From: a virus
Direction: 5' to 3' (one strand)
Virus record (IMG/VR): IMGVR_UViG_3300034198_004780
Coordinates: 24,727-88,726 of that record
Length of the DNA: 64,000 nucleotides
In this document: in pieces, positions 37,316-47,200 of the stretch
Layout of the letters: each line of letters opens with the position of its first letter
Numbering within the stretch: position 1 is the stretch's first letter
The notes under the pieces: model-generated
Database searches by the model: none
Told to the model about the DNA's origin: nothing
The model's input: the letters and a program-made list of their open reading frames with translations, nothing else
Program-made: the position numbers and the translations under genes

Positions 37316-39985
37316 TTATTCAAAGCTGAATAAATTACCAAAATTATTGTCTTGCGTTGTGGATTCCAAATCCCACTCTAGTACACCGATAAGATTATCT
37401 AGTTTATTGTTGATAATGGCAGTTTCCATAGCACTATCATCAAAAGGCAATTCCTTAAACCACTGTGGCAAGCGCATCTCATCGACCGGATAAGCAACTG
37501 AAGTATAGCCCAAGGGATTCTCCTTTACCTTACACACAATTACTTTCATACCATCAACAACCTGTTGACTGTATTTGTCACCATTCATGCGCTTGAGAGT
37601 GTTCCAATTGATACTTGCTCTAACGTGACCTGGCATATTGGCTTTACCGGCTTTCTTTTCCTTGGCTTCGTATTCGGCAATATTGTTGGCACGTTTTGGG
37701 CTTCCTTTCTCCCAACCCGGCCGACTCTTAAACTCGGTGCGGAACTGACTGATACGATCGAGGATTTCAGTTTCGCCAGAACCATTTAATACCTTGGTTA
37801 GAAGTTCACTTAAAAAGTTCTGCATGAACTCTGGAGTATCTGAACGTTTCAAGTCTAGACCCATGGCTTTGATCTTACCTGGGCTGTCTTCTGTATCCTG
37901 TCTCTTACCATCTTTGTCGTAGTACAGTACAGCATAGCGTTTCTTGGTAATAAACAGGCCTTTAATAGCAACAATCTCACGACCTGCTTTGATAACTTCT
38001 CCTCGCGACTTTGGACAGTGAAAATCATCCAGCATAAACTGCGGGAATGTATCATTGACTTCTTCAGAGATCTGATCATATAACTGTACTACTGATTCTT
38101 TATTCCACGGAATGAGTCCCTTGTTGATATCATTCTTCAGCACAGGCCAAGCAGTAAAATATACAGAGTCAGTATCACCGTAGATGATGCTCTTACCTGT
38201 GTAGTCATACTCACCTGCAATGTATTCATTTACCTTTGCAGCCATATGACGGGCAATGCGGCGTCCTGTAAGAGTGGTTGATTGACCAATACGCTTGTCA
38301 AAGAAACGACAACCAGGATTAAGAATAGCACCATACAGACTGTTGAGGTTAATCTTTTTAACCAATTGACGCTTGTCCCAATATTCTTCTTCAATTTTAT
38401 TCTCCGCTTTAATACATTCTTTTAATTTGGCCTGCATGTCTTTACGTTCACTATACCATCGTTTCAGCAATCCAGGAATAACACCTTCTTTTTCGTAACT
38501 AAAGATAGTACCGTTAGCTGATAACATCCAAGGTTGATTACTGTCAAAAAATACATCATGTAATTGAGCACCACTTAGTACATCAGTCGACCCGTCTTCC
38601 CAATCAACAATAATATCGTGACTGATATCTTTACTCATGACAAGTTCATATTCATTACTGCCGAACTTGCCTTCCCATGCTGACGCAAAGCTACTGCCCT
38701 TGGCCATTTTAGCTTCAATTTCATCTTTGGTATAGTCTTGACGCAACTGTCCAACAATGGTCTCAGGACCCATATTAAGTGCTCTAATGGCACTGGGATA
38801 TAGTGAGTTGATGTCCATGCTTCCAATCCAGTCGTGAAGACCTTTCTTTGGATACGCTACATATGCACCCGCTGCTTGATTATCACCGCGGTCATCCATT
38901 CTAGGCCGGCTTGGAACAATAAGACCCTTGTGATGGGCTTCATTGATAATGGCCTGTTCAGTAACAGCCACAGCACCCATTGTTGTTTGGATCAATACAG
39001 TATTCTCATGAGCGACGGTATTAGCAAGGTCGATAAACTTCAGTTTCTTATCCAGATCATCAAGTAGTTTACAGTCATTAATGTTGTATTCAATAAACTT
39101 ACGGAAGTCATTGTTGTACAACTGATCAAGTGTGCCTTCGTATTGTGTCTTACGTTGACCCAACTCATATTCAGCAATAGCATCTAGTCGATATGAATGA
39201 CGTTCTTCGTAGGTGTACTTGCGATACAGTTCTAGTGAGTCAACGTGTACACGACCAATCAAGTCATATGTAACAGCAGCCTTGCCATACTTTTCATATT
39301 CACGTTTTTTAGGGAACTGTCCTAGCAGACAAAAACGACGAGTGTCATCTTTGCTTAGTGTTTTAGTAACACGATTAACTGTGTAGGGGATATCAAATCC
39401 TTCTGAGTTCCAACCTGACAATACATCAGCATCTTCAATAATGTTTAGAAACGCTTCTAACATATCTCCTTCATTGTCAAACAATACTGTATTGGGAAAC
39501 TCTTTAACCTGTTCTTGCGCCTGCTCCATGGTTAGTGTCTTTGGCGGAACTGCAAAACATACCATAGTTTCCATCCACTGTAGATAAACAGCAATAGCAG
39601 TGATTGGCATGAACGCATCTTCTGGTGATGCATAACCACGTTCTGGGTCGAAGTCGACCTCAATATCGAAAAAGGCTACGTTTAGTTTTGGAGCATCTTT
39701 GCCTAGGTAATTATCTTCTAGACAACGAAATACAGGGTTGATATCACTTTCAAATAACTTTTGACCTGAATGTATCTTTTGTTCTTTAGCAAATTCTTTC
39801 CAGTTCTTACAAGTGACTCTTGTCAACTGATCCCCATAAATTGACGTGTACTTGCCCTTTTGATCAGGGTAATAAAACAAGTAACGTGCTGGGTATTCTT
39901 GAAATATACGACCCTTCTTCGGGTCACGTTCTACAACGGTGACGATATCTGTCTCCCGATCCCATCGGGCATCTACATAACTCAT
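37316..39985 (-). CDS. Family B DNA polymerase (gp43-like)
   Basis: Exo DIEVD, GWNSEGFD, YNIND; Pol DINSLYP, KINLNSLYG, YGDTDS, KKRY. Confidence 0.97.
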   Translation of the reverse strand: MSYVDARWDRETDIVTVVERDPKKGRIFQEYPARYLFYYPDQKGKYTSIYGDQLTRVTCKNWKEFAKEQKIHSGQKLFESDINPVFRCLEDNYLGKDAPKLNVAFFDIEVDFDPERGYASPEDAFMPITAIAVYLQWMETMVCFAVPPKTLTMEQAQEQVKEFPNTVLFDNEGDMLEAFLNIIEDADVLSGWNSEGFDIPYTVNRVTKTLSKDDTRRFCLLGQFPKKREYEKYGKAAVTYDLIGRVHVDSLELYRKYTYEERHSYRLDAIAEYELGQRKTQYEGTLDQLYNNDFRKFIEYNINDCKLLDDLDKKLKFIDLANTVAHENTVLIQTTMGAVAVTEQAIINEAHHKGLIVPSRPRMDDRGDNQAAGAYVAYPKKGLHDWIGSMDINSLYPSAIRALNMGPETIVGQLRQDYTKDEIEAKMAKGSSFASAWEGKFGSNEYELVMSKDISHDIIVDWEDGSTDVLSGAQLHDVFFDSNQPWMLSANGTIFSYEKEGVIPGLLKRWYSERKDMQAKLKECIKAENKIEEEYWDKRQLVKKINLNSLYGAILNPGCRFFDKRIGQSTTLTGRRIARHMAAKVNEYIAGEYDYTGKSIIYGDTDSVYFTAWPVLKNDINKGLIPWNKESVVQLYDQISEEVNDTFPQFMLDDFHCPKSRGEVIKAGREIVAIKGLFITKKRYAVLYYDKDGKRQDTEDSPGKIKAMGLDLKRSDTPEFMQNFLSELLTKVLNGSGETEILDRISQFRTEFKSRPGWEKGSPKRANNIAEYEAKEKKAGKANMPGHVRASINWNTLKRMNGDKYSQQVVDGMKVIVCKVKENPLGYTSVAYPVDEMRLPQWFKELPFDDSAMETAIINNKLDNLIGVLEWDLESTTQDNNFGNLFSFE

Positions 39986-39990
39986 ACTCT

Positions 39991-40046
39991 CTCCTACCGC
40001 TTATGGCCGGTTAACCTTCACTTAGCGATTTATGGCTCGCAGGACC
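39991..40046 (-). promoter_or_regulatory. Twin-hairpin putative translational operator of the polymerase
   Basis: GCGA-GCCAUAAA-UCGC and ACCG-GCCAUAAG-CGGU immediately before the AGGAG SD. Confidence 0.65.
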
Positions 40047-40050
40047 GTCT

Positions 40051-40353
40051 TCATGAAATATTTATGATTCTAATCAACGCAACTGTATCAATTGCGACTA
40101 GCAACAGATAGTTAGACAACATACCAACGCTACCGCGGCTCCACGATGCCCAGCCAAATATGGCACATTGTAAAATAAAAGTTGGGTAAAGTATCAACCA
40201 CGGCGGATTGGGAACAGTAATGGCTAAGGCAACTGCACATCCTATGCTCATCAACCAGGCAAGGATTTCTAAAACAAATCTTAAAGGGTATTCTTTAAAA
40301 TCTCTATTAGCCCATTGCCAAGTATCAGTAATACCTTTTTTAAGTTGAATCAT
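40051..40353 (-). CDS. Small three-TM membrane protein
   Basis: Three hydrophobic segments; pattern similar to 25428-25691. Confidence 0.65.
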   Translation of the reverse strand: MIQLKKGITDTWQWANRDFKEYPLRFVLEILAWLMSIGCAVALAITVPNPPWLILYPTFILQCAIFGWASWSRGSVGMLSNYLLLVAIDTVALIRIINIS

Positions 40354-40655
40354 TAGTCGTCGTTGCGGTTTGGATTAATTGTATCGTTGTGTATTTCGCG
40401 AGTAGCGTGACCTGCAATGTCAACAATAGTTTCTAAATCATCAAACTCGTTAAACACACGATCCCAATCACCCTTTTGTGCAACTTTAATTGCTTTCTTA
40501 ATGGTGCTGGGCTTTACTTCCAATTCTTCTGCTACTGCTTTTATGGTATCGTTGAGACCTTCTGTAAGGTCTTGAACTTCTTGCAGCACAGTCACACCCT
40601 CAGAAATCAACTGACGGATCTTTGCTTTTTCTGGATCGCCGAATACTTTGCTCAT
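40353..40655 (-). CDS. Small helical DNA-binding protein (T4 DsbA-like)
   Basis: 100 aa, IKAVAEELEVKPSTIKKAIK HTH-like segment; family by resemblance only. Confidence 0.5.
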   Translation of the reverse strand: MSKVFGDPEKAKIRQLISEGVTVLQEVQDLTEGLNDTIKAVAEELEVKPSTIKKAIKVAQKGDWDRVFNEFDDLETIVDIAGHATREIHNDTINPNRNDD

Positions 40656-40689
40656 AAAAAATCTCCTATACTGATATTATATAGGAGAT
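40656..40689 (-). terminator. Terminator-like hairpin overlapping a -10 box and SD
   Basis: ATCTCCTATA-9 nt-TATAGGAGAT followed by a T-run. Confidence 0.7.
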
Positions 40690-40704
40690 CTAGAGTAAAG
40701 TCAA
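40676..40704 (-). promoter_or_regulatory. Sigma70-type promoter for the polymerase operon
   Basis: TTGACT-17 nt-TATAAT. Confidence 0.8.
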
Positions 40705-40711
40705 GCATCGA

Positions 40712-41662
40712 TTACCGTTTGGTTAATTTGTTTAATTGATTTTGGAGTTTTTCTTCGTAAGTGCGTTCATGCTCAAACAACTCATCAGCTAGACTGTCGT
40801 GTGTCCACCCTTCTTTTGGCACACAGTTAGGAACAGTACGTCCACCTTTCTTCTTTGTACCTACAGGCTTGTAGCCTTTCCAGCAGGGATTTTCTGTCCG
40901 AAGACTTTCTGTTTTATTGTCCATGTGTTTTGCCAACCGATCAATTGCACCTGCTGAATCACCCGGCTTGGCTTTACGCTTGGCTTCAATATCAGCATGT
41001 TTCTTTTCGCGCTCTGTGGAACCTTTACGGAACTTTTCAAGAGCTGATGCTTCACTTACTTTGGGATTGATGCCCTGCTCTTTTTGACTTAGTAAATAAT
41101 CCCAAACGCTGACCAGCATCATTTCTGCTTTGGCAATCTTTTCCTGACACCATTCTGGAAGATTGTCGCCGTCATTGATAGTTTCTAACAAACCATCTAC
41201 TGATCTTTTTAGAGTGTGTAAGTTGCTTTCAGCCATACCAGCTTCGTCATTATATTCTGGACTATCAAACTCTTCCGCCATTTCTTTCTCTTTGCGATTA
41301 ATCTTACGTTGTGCTGTATTCATATTGATATGGCGTACAGCTTGATCAATCCAATCTTTATCGCCAGTACGCGGGTTAGGTACAGCGGCCTTAGCGGCGT
41401 CCTGTTGTGTCTTGCGTTTTTCTTTATAGCTCTTCAGAGTGTCAATACTTAGTTCGTTCAGTTGACGAGCAAGACGCACTTCATAGTTTTCAGCAAACTC
41501 TGCTTTCTTATGCTTTACATCGCCATTCTTTTCAGCTCGCTTTTTGTCTTTATGTGCGCCAGCGGCACCACCGCCGATTGCCGCATTGGCATTTTTAGCA
41601 ACAGGGTTCTTTGTCTTGATTGTGCGAATAGGATCGCGACGGTCTTTTTTTTCTTCGTTCAT
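40712..41662 (-). CDS. Modular basic/acidic protein, putative head-internal polyprotein
   Basis: Short modules separated by xxE sites; CWKGY...NCV module also present at 44526-44591. Confidence 0.6.
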   Translation of the reverse strand: MNEEKKDRRDPIRTIKTKNPVAKNANAAIGGGAAGAHKDKKRAEKNGDVKHKKAEFAENYEVRLARQLNELSIDTLKSYKEKRKTQQDAAKAAVPNPRTGDKDWIDQAVRHINMNTAQRKINRKEKEMAEEFDSPEYNDEAGMAESNLHTLKRSVDGLLETINDGDNLPEWCQEKIAKAEMMLVSVWDYLLSQKEQGINPKVSEASALEKFRKGSTEREKKHADIEAKRKAKPGDSAGAIDRLAKHMDNKTESLRTENPCWKGYKPVGTKKKGGRTVPNCVPKEGWTHDSLADELFEHERTYEEKLQNQLNKLTKR

Positions 41663-42435
41663 TTTGTTCTCTTTATTACTTTAGATTTTTTCTTGGCGTC
41701 TTTTGGAGCACCTACTGTACCACCAAATAACCACCCACCGCCCTGGGCAGGTGCGCTAGCAATGCTCCCTGAGCCAGTAGCACCACTGCTTGCAGATTCT
41801 TTTACATCTGCGGCACTAGTAGGATGTTCATCATTGTCACCGCTCTTGGCAATTAGTTTACCATTTGATCTGTCTAGGCTCTTCAACGCTTGAGGTTTAT
41901 GCTCTTCTTCGCCTTTCATAATTTTACGAGCGCGAGCAAGTCCGTCAACAATAACATCTAGACCATTTTCATCTGCTTGATATTTTATACCAATACCGCC
42001 TGCGGCTTCCCAAGCTGAGATATTACTACCACGGTCATCTACTAAAATGTTAGGAGTGCCGTCTGCTTGTTTTGCCCACTTGGCTTTGTTTGGAGTAATA
42101 ACAATATCAACAGGTTGTGGATTTAAATGTTGTTTAATCCAAATTCTTTTGTTCTTTTCACTATTTTCAAAATCGCCACGTAGTGGACTAGAGCAGATAT
42201 GATAGTGTCCGTACAATTTTACAATCATGGAAACTAATTGATCTGCATTACGTAATTTTGGTAGTCGTGCAAAGAAGTCTGTGCCCACCATTTTGTTTAG
42301 TGTGGGGTCAGTCTTTGCTGGAGGAATATCTCTGTAGTTACCGCTTTCGATGCCGGCAAGTTTAGCGTACTCTGTAAAAAAGTCTGCTAATACTCCATCC
42401 ATGTCTAAGTAAACTTCTGGTCGCTTCTCTTTCAT
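41659..42435 (-). CDS. HAD-family 5'(3')-nucleotidase with basic C-terminal extension
   Basis: YLDMDGVLADF, CSSP, K, ILVDD; start at ATG 42435 (ATGA overlap). Confidence 0.85.
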   Translation of the reverse strand: MKEKRPEVYLDMDGVLADFFTEYAKLAGIESGNYRDIPPAKTDPTLNKMVGTDFFARLPKLRNADQLVSMIVKLYGHYHICSSPLRGDFENSEKNKRIWIKQHLNPQPVDIVITPNKAKWAKQADGTPNILVDDRGSNISAWEAAGGIGIKYQADENGLDVIVDGLARARKIMKGEEEHKPQALKSLDRSNGKLIAKSGDNDEHPTSAADVKESASSGATGSGSIASAPAQGGGWLFGGTVGAPKDAKKKSKVIKRTK

Positions 42436-42812
42436 TTCTTCATCCAATCTGCTACAGGGCTACGAGTAGATACATCTTTAGTTTCTTCACTATTGATTGT
42501 ACTAATTAATTTTTTATCACTAGGCGATAGGCCGACTAATTTTAACGCATCGTCTATGTAGTCGTCAATCGTATTGGAGTAAGATACAATGACTTGATTC
42601 TCCCCCCAAGGGCTTACTGCATTAAACTCTGATCCAGCATCATTAGGATCTTTACGACCTTTTGCCGCCGCAATGGCAACACCAAACCGGTATTGCTTAT
42701 ACGGATCTTGATTTTGTAAAGCGGGAATTACATACGTAGCAGGTAAGGCACATGCAACGTCATCTTGCATACTTCCTATTCTACTTTCGTGAATGAATTC
42801 TCTTGCTCTCAT
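42432..42812 (-). CDS. Hypothetical protein, paralog of 42809-43195
   Basis: MRAREFIHE start; YRFGVAIA; ends SPVADWMKK. Confidence 0.7.
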   Translation of the reverse strand: MRAREFIHESRIGSMQDDVACALPATYVIPALQNQDPYKQYRFGVAIAAAKGRKDPNDAGSEFNAVSPWGENQVIVSYSNTIDDYIDDALKLVGLSPSDKKLISTINSEETKDVSTRSPVADWMKK

Positions 42813-43195
42813 TTCTTTTTATCTTTCTTTGAAGGCTTCATCCAGTCTGCAACTGGGCTAACATTATTTGTACTGTCTAACTCATCACTGTCTATATCAC
42901 CGTGGTTTAAATCTTCAGCGTGAGCCCCTACTGTTTTAAATGCCAGTGTCAGCATGTCTTTTTCAACTTGACTGTAAGGGAATGCCGCTTTGTTTTTTCC
43001 AATCCAACTTTTTGGATCCATGTCTGGGGGAGTAATACCGTCGCATCCGGCCACAGCCATTCCTAGTCTATAAGCAACATAATCTGCGTTCCACCGTTCA
43101 GAGTCACTAAATGTGATAACTCCGCGAGTAGACTGTTGCTGTCTCTTAGACATCTTACCAGCCTTTACTTCAGTTAGTAGTTCGTTAATTCTCAT
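42809..43195 (-). CDS. Hypothetical protein, paralog of 42432-42812
   Basis: MRINELLTE start; YRLGMAVA; SPVADWMK. Confidence 0.7.
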   Translation of the reverse strand: MRINELLTEVKAGKMSKRQQQSTRGVITFSDSERWNADYVAYRLGMAVAGCDGITPPDMDPKSWIGKNKAAFPYSQVEKDMLTLAFKTVGAHAEDLNHGDIDSDELDSTNNVSPVADWMKPSKKDKKK

Positions 43196-43503
43196 TTCTT
43201 TTCCACAGGCTTTTCTGATGTAAGGTACGGTAAACTAAACCATAACTTAAACCATTCGGGTGTTCCAGGTTTAATATTGTGCTTCTTCATCAGTTCACCC
43301 TTTTCATTACCAGTGACGCTGATATTACTACCCTTATTTATTTCTGTATTGTGAGCACGGTATTCTTGTAGTCTACCCTCTGCGCTAATCCCTGCTAGAT
43401 ACTGTATGACCTTTAATTCGTGTATGGGATCTTCAGGAGATAGATATGCATCATTGTCACTGTCCTGCGGAATATTATCTGTTGTTATACGATACTGTTT
43501 CAT
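43192..43503 (-). CDS. Hypothetical protein
   Basis: Start at MKQYRI (ATGA overlap); IKPGTPEWFKLWF motif. Confidence 0.65.
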   Translation of the reverse strand: MKQYRITTDNIPQDSDNDAYLSPEDPIHELKVIQYLAGISAEGRLQEYRAHNTEINKGSNISVTGNEKGELMKKHNIKPGTPEWFKLWFSLPYLTSEKPVEKK

Positions 43504-44006
43504 TTCTTTTTGCCAGCACAATGCGCTTTTTGACTAAATCCTTTAGGATTAGAGCAATTGATACTGCTCTTATACTTTAATGTCCACTTTTCTTCAAGGG
43601 CTGAATCAGTCAGTGGTCCGCCAGTGACCCATGCATCGCATGTTCTTTTTGCTGCACATTTGAATTTTAGGAATCTACAGTAACCAATATCTCCAGCTTC
43701 AATGGTGGGATCTTCTGCTCCTTGATCTGAATCTATACCTTGAGCAATACAGTCTAACGCAGTTGTACGTTGATCAAAGGCCGCACAGTTACCGCATAGG
43801 CTTTGTTTTGCTTCTTCTGCGGAGTCTAAATTCCACTCATCAACTTTTTTCATCCAAAATTTAGTATTAGGCAAGTCTGGGTTTAAGGGACCATATCCGT
43901 ATTCGTCAATGGCCTTTTGTCTATTTTCAAGATTGATGGCAATGTCTTGTGTAGCTAACGGACATTTGTTATCTGTATTTTTAGCGATAATTTCAGTAAT
44001 TCTCAT
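43500..44006 (-). CDS. Cys-rich protein with basic C-terminal module
   Basis: Start reassigned to MRITEII; CGNC...GYC...C...TCDAW; tail EEKW...CSNPKGFSQKAHC. Confidence 0.7.
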   Translation of the reverse strand: MRITEIIAKNTDNKCPLATQDIAINLENRQKAIDEYGYGPLNPDLPNTKFWMKKVDEWNLDSAEEAKQSLCGNCAAFDQRTTALDCIAQGIDSDQGAEDPTIEAGDIGYCRFLKFKCAAKRTCDAWVTGGPLTDSALEEKWTLKYKSSINCSNPKGFSQKAHCAGKKK

Positions 44007-44007
44007 A

Positions 44008-44298
44008 TCAGCAGTTCCAACGACGACGTGCTTTACATATTGCCTTGTCCGGAGTCTTTGAGCAATCAATATTATGCATCTTCTTTTGACCAGCGGATCT
44101 AGCGCAATAGCTTGATCGACGCTTTGAATCTTTACTACCTGCTTTTAACTTACTAGGTTTAGTAGTAACCGCAGTCTTTAACTTACTACCTGGATTCTCA
44201 CGACGATACGCACTCACAGCTTTCTTACTCATGCCGTCAGTTTTATCTTTTTTATTGGTCTTTTGCCAATCTTCGTTAATAAATTCTCTAGCTCTCAT
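44008..44298 (-). CDS. Very basic small protein
   Basis: MRAREFINE start; K/R-rich; ends RRRWNC. Confidence 0.7.
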   Translation of the reverse strand: MRAREFINEDWQKTNKKDKTDGMSKKAVSAYRRENPGSKLKTAVTTKPSKLKAGSKDSKRRSSYCARSAGQKKMHNIDCSKTPDKAICKARRRWNC

Positions 44299-47200
44299 TT
44301 TTTCTTTGCCTTGCCTGCTTTCATATTAGCCATCCAGTGTGCCATTCGAGCTTTTTCACCTGAGCTGTTCTTAGCAGTCTTTCTTAGACTACTAACACTG
44401 GCTTTGGTATTGACACCTGAACGTTTTGCTAGACCTTTGCGTCCAGGTTTCTTACCATCGGCAAAATTCTCTAATAACTTGTCAACAGCGTTGGCTATGA
44501 CTTCTTCCCAACCCTCACCTATTTTAACACAATTATTGACTCTTGTCCCACCTTTCATCTTGGTTCCAGACTTTCGATATCCTTTCCAACATTTTGGGTC
44601 TAATCGTTGTTTTGCCTCATCAACGTTCTGCTCAATAGTTTTGGTTTTTATGCTCCAGTCGCTAAATTTTAATCCTAACATTGTTTGAAACTTTTCAAAT
44701 TCTTTAATAGACGGAAATAAAAATACGGATTTAAGCAGATCGCCATCTAATTTGTTCCCTTCGGGATATTGTTTTATTTCACCGTCAACATTAAAATATG
44801 CTCGATTATTTTCTATTTTTACAAGTTTATATGGCTGAGCAAAATGTACTATAGATAAATTATGCGCAGGCAATATTGAAGTCACTGACACATACACATA
44901 AGAGTTTCCTTTTTGAATATCTTTAGGTGTATGTTGTTTTAAAAAATGTTGTAAATTTTTGTAATCGGTGCTGTTTTCAAATAGTCTGGGATTTTTTAAT
45001 AAGTCTTGTCTAAGATCTTCTTCTTGTTCTTCCCAAATTGGTTCTAATGGAATTTTATTGAAGTTGATATGATTGTAGCTTTCGCCGACTAAATCGCCCT
45101 GACGTGCTGGGCGTTTTGCTGTGGCCTTTAATTGACCTGCTGTACCTAACTTATTTTTCTTACTGCTAGTAAATGAGCTGTCTGGAGACATGGTCTCATC
45201 AGTTAGACTAAACGCTCGCAAATTCTTTTCAATCTGTCCAGGACGGACATCTTTGGTTAAACTCATAGAGTAGCGTGGGTCGTTGGCCTGTGCCTTTGTA
45301 GCAATAACACCCGAAGCGCTCTCCATTGTACTCTTATCAACAACATAGTTGCCCATACCTACCCCAGCCATTGTTTCTACCGGAGCGGCCACTTTCTGTT
45401 GGGTCGTAGGTGCTGGAGTTTTAACGTCCATACCTTGTTTGGTTAATTCTATAAGTTTCATAATCCATGCTCGCCCTAGTTTTTTAACATCAAAACCTTT
45501 TTCCCATACAGCCAATTGCTGTTGTGGAGTCGCATTAGGATCTTTAAGAATATCTCTTAATTTTGTAAAACTCATGCCTGTACCACGCGGCGTTGCTTCT
45601 AAACTAACCTTAACGTGTTCGTATCCTGCAAATTTATTTACAGCCTTCATCAATGCGTTGGCAATATTCATACCCGCCTGATCCTCACCTACCATAACAA
45701 TAACATTATCATAGCGTGGTGGTTTGCCTGGTAGTGGATTGATCAGCTCATGTTTAATTTTCTGTATAAGTGTACCACCAGCCTGTGTTACTGCACTAAT
45801 ATTGCTGGCATACTTAGGATAAAGTTTGTGCCATGTTTGTACTTTAATATCGACTGGAATAGGATCATCCTTGCCTACAGCGTTGCCGATAAACAGGTAA
45901 GGATCTCCGCCTACTTCTGCGGCTTTCTTAACTGTGTAATCAAATAGCTGTTCGTGTCCAACATGTCCAACAAAACTGCCAATAGCAACTACCGCAGTTT
46001 TATTTTCACCACGTGGGCGTTCTGTGCGGGCATTTACCTTAGCGGCATTCTTATCTGCAATAATATCACGCTGTTCTTGACTTGTAATTTTAATAGGACC
46101 CATACGACTATTGATAACAATACCTTCGTAGTCCTTACCTAACATATCCTTGCCTATAATGTTTGGATCTTTGATAATGGCATCTTCAAGAGCTTGTTTA
46201 ACTGGTCCAAGTGCGGCTTTGACTTCTGCGGCTTGATCACGCTTCTTACTAGCCAGCATGGCTTTCATCTGTTCAATATTCTCTAACGGCGGAACAATAG
46301 CAGTAACATCAAGTGCTTCATTTTGTGTTAGGCTATTGTCAATAAACATAACGCTGCCGCCCTTGCCAATTCCTGTTAGGGCTTTAATAACTCCTTCGCT
46401 ATCGGGTAAGTCTTCGCCTGTATCACCTTGTACTACACGGAACGGTACTAGAGCAAGCTCTACACCATCTGGAAGTTTGTCATAATGTATACCAACAAAT
46501 TTTAGCTTGCCTTCTGGAGTCTGTGTAGCAAATGGCAAGTATAATACTTCGCAGGTAACTTGTTTGTTGATTAAGAATTTAGGACCTAACTTGCTATCGA
46601 CTAATTTAATAGCCTTCATCATTTGTTCAAATAGTTGATCGAATAGTTGAGCACGACCTAATACATCCGGATCAGTTGTGCCTTTCTTTTGATGATAGTC
46701 TAGGAATCCTGCTTTGTATCTTGGTTCAGTACGGCTGGTTCCCATAAAAGGTTTACCATCTTTATCCTTACCAAAACGTCCACCAAAGCCGTCTACTTTA
46801 ACATTTAGTGGAATATTTTTTAATTGGAACTGCCCGTTACCTTGATGTAGTTCATCTAACAAGTCTAAAAAGTCTACTGACTTTAAATCACGTAGATGCG
46901 GCATACCTTTACGTAGCTGTGCTTTTACTGCTGGATCTTCTCCAGCTTCACCTATTGCTTCAGTTACTGGTTTTTTTTTGGATTCGTGGGCTTGTTCGTA
47001 GTCCATTGCCATTTTAACTGCTTGCTGTCTTAAACCTTTAGCATCGGCAATCTTTAGAGCAGTTATACCGCCACCGCCTAATAGCATAGCATCAACAGCG
47101 GCAAATTTTGTATCACGGTCTCTTACAGGATCATTTGCTGTAAGCATCTGTGCTCCTGGCCCAAAGCATATATCTAAGAAACGTTTTGCCGCTTCTTCAC

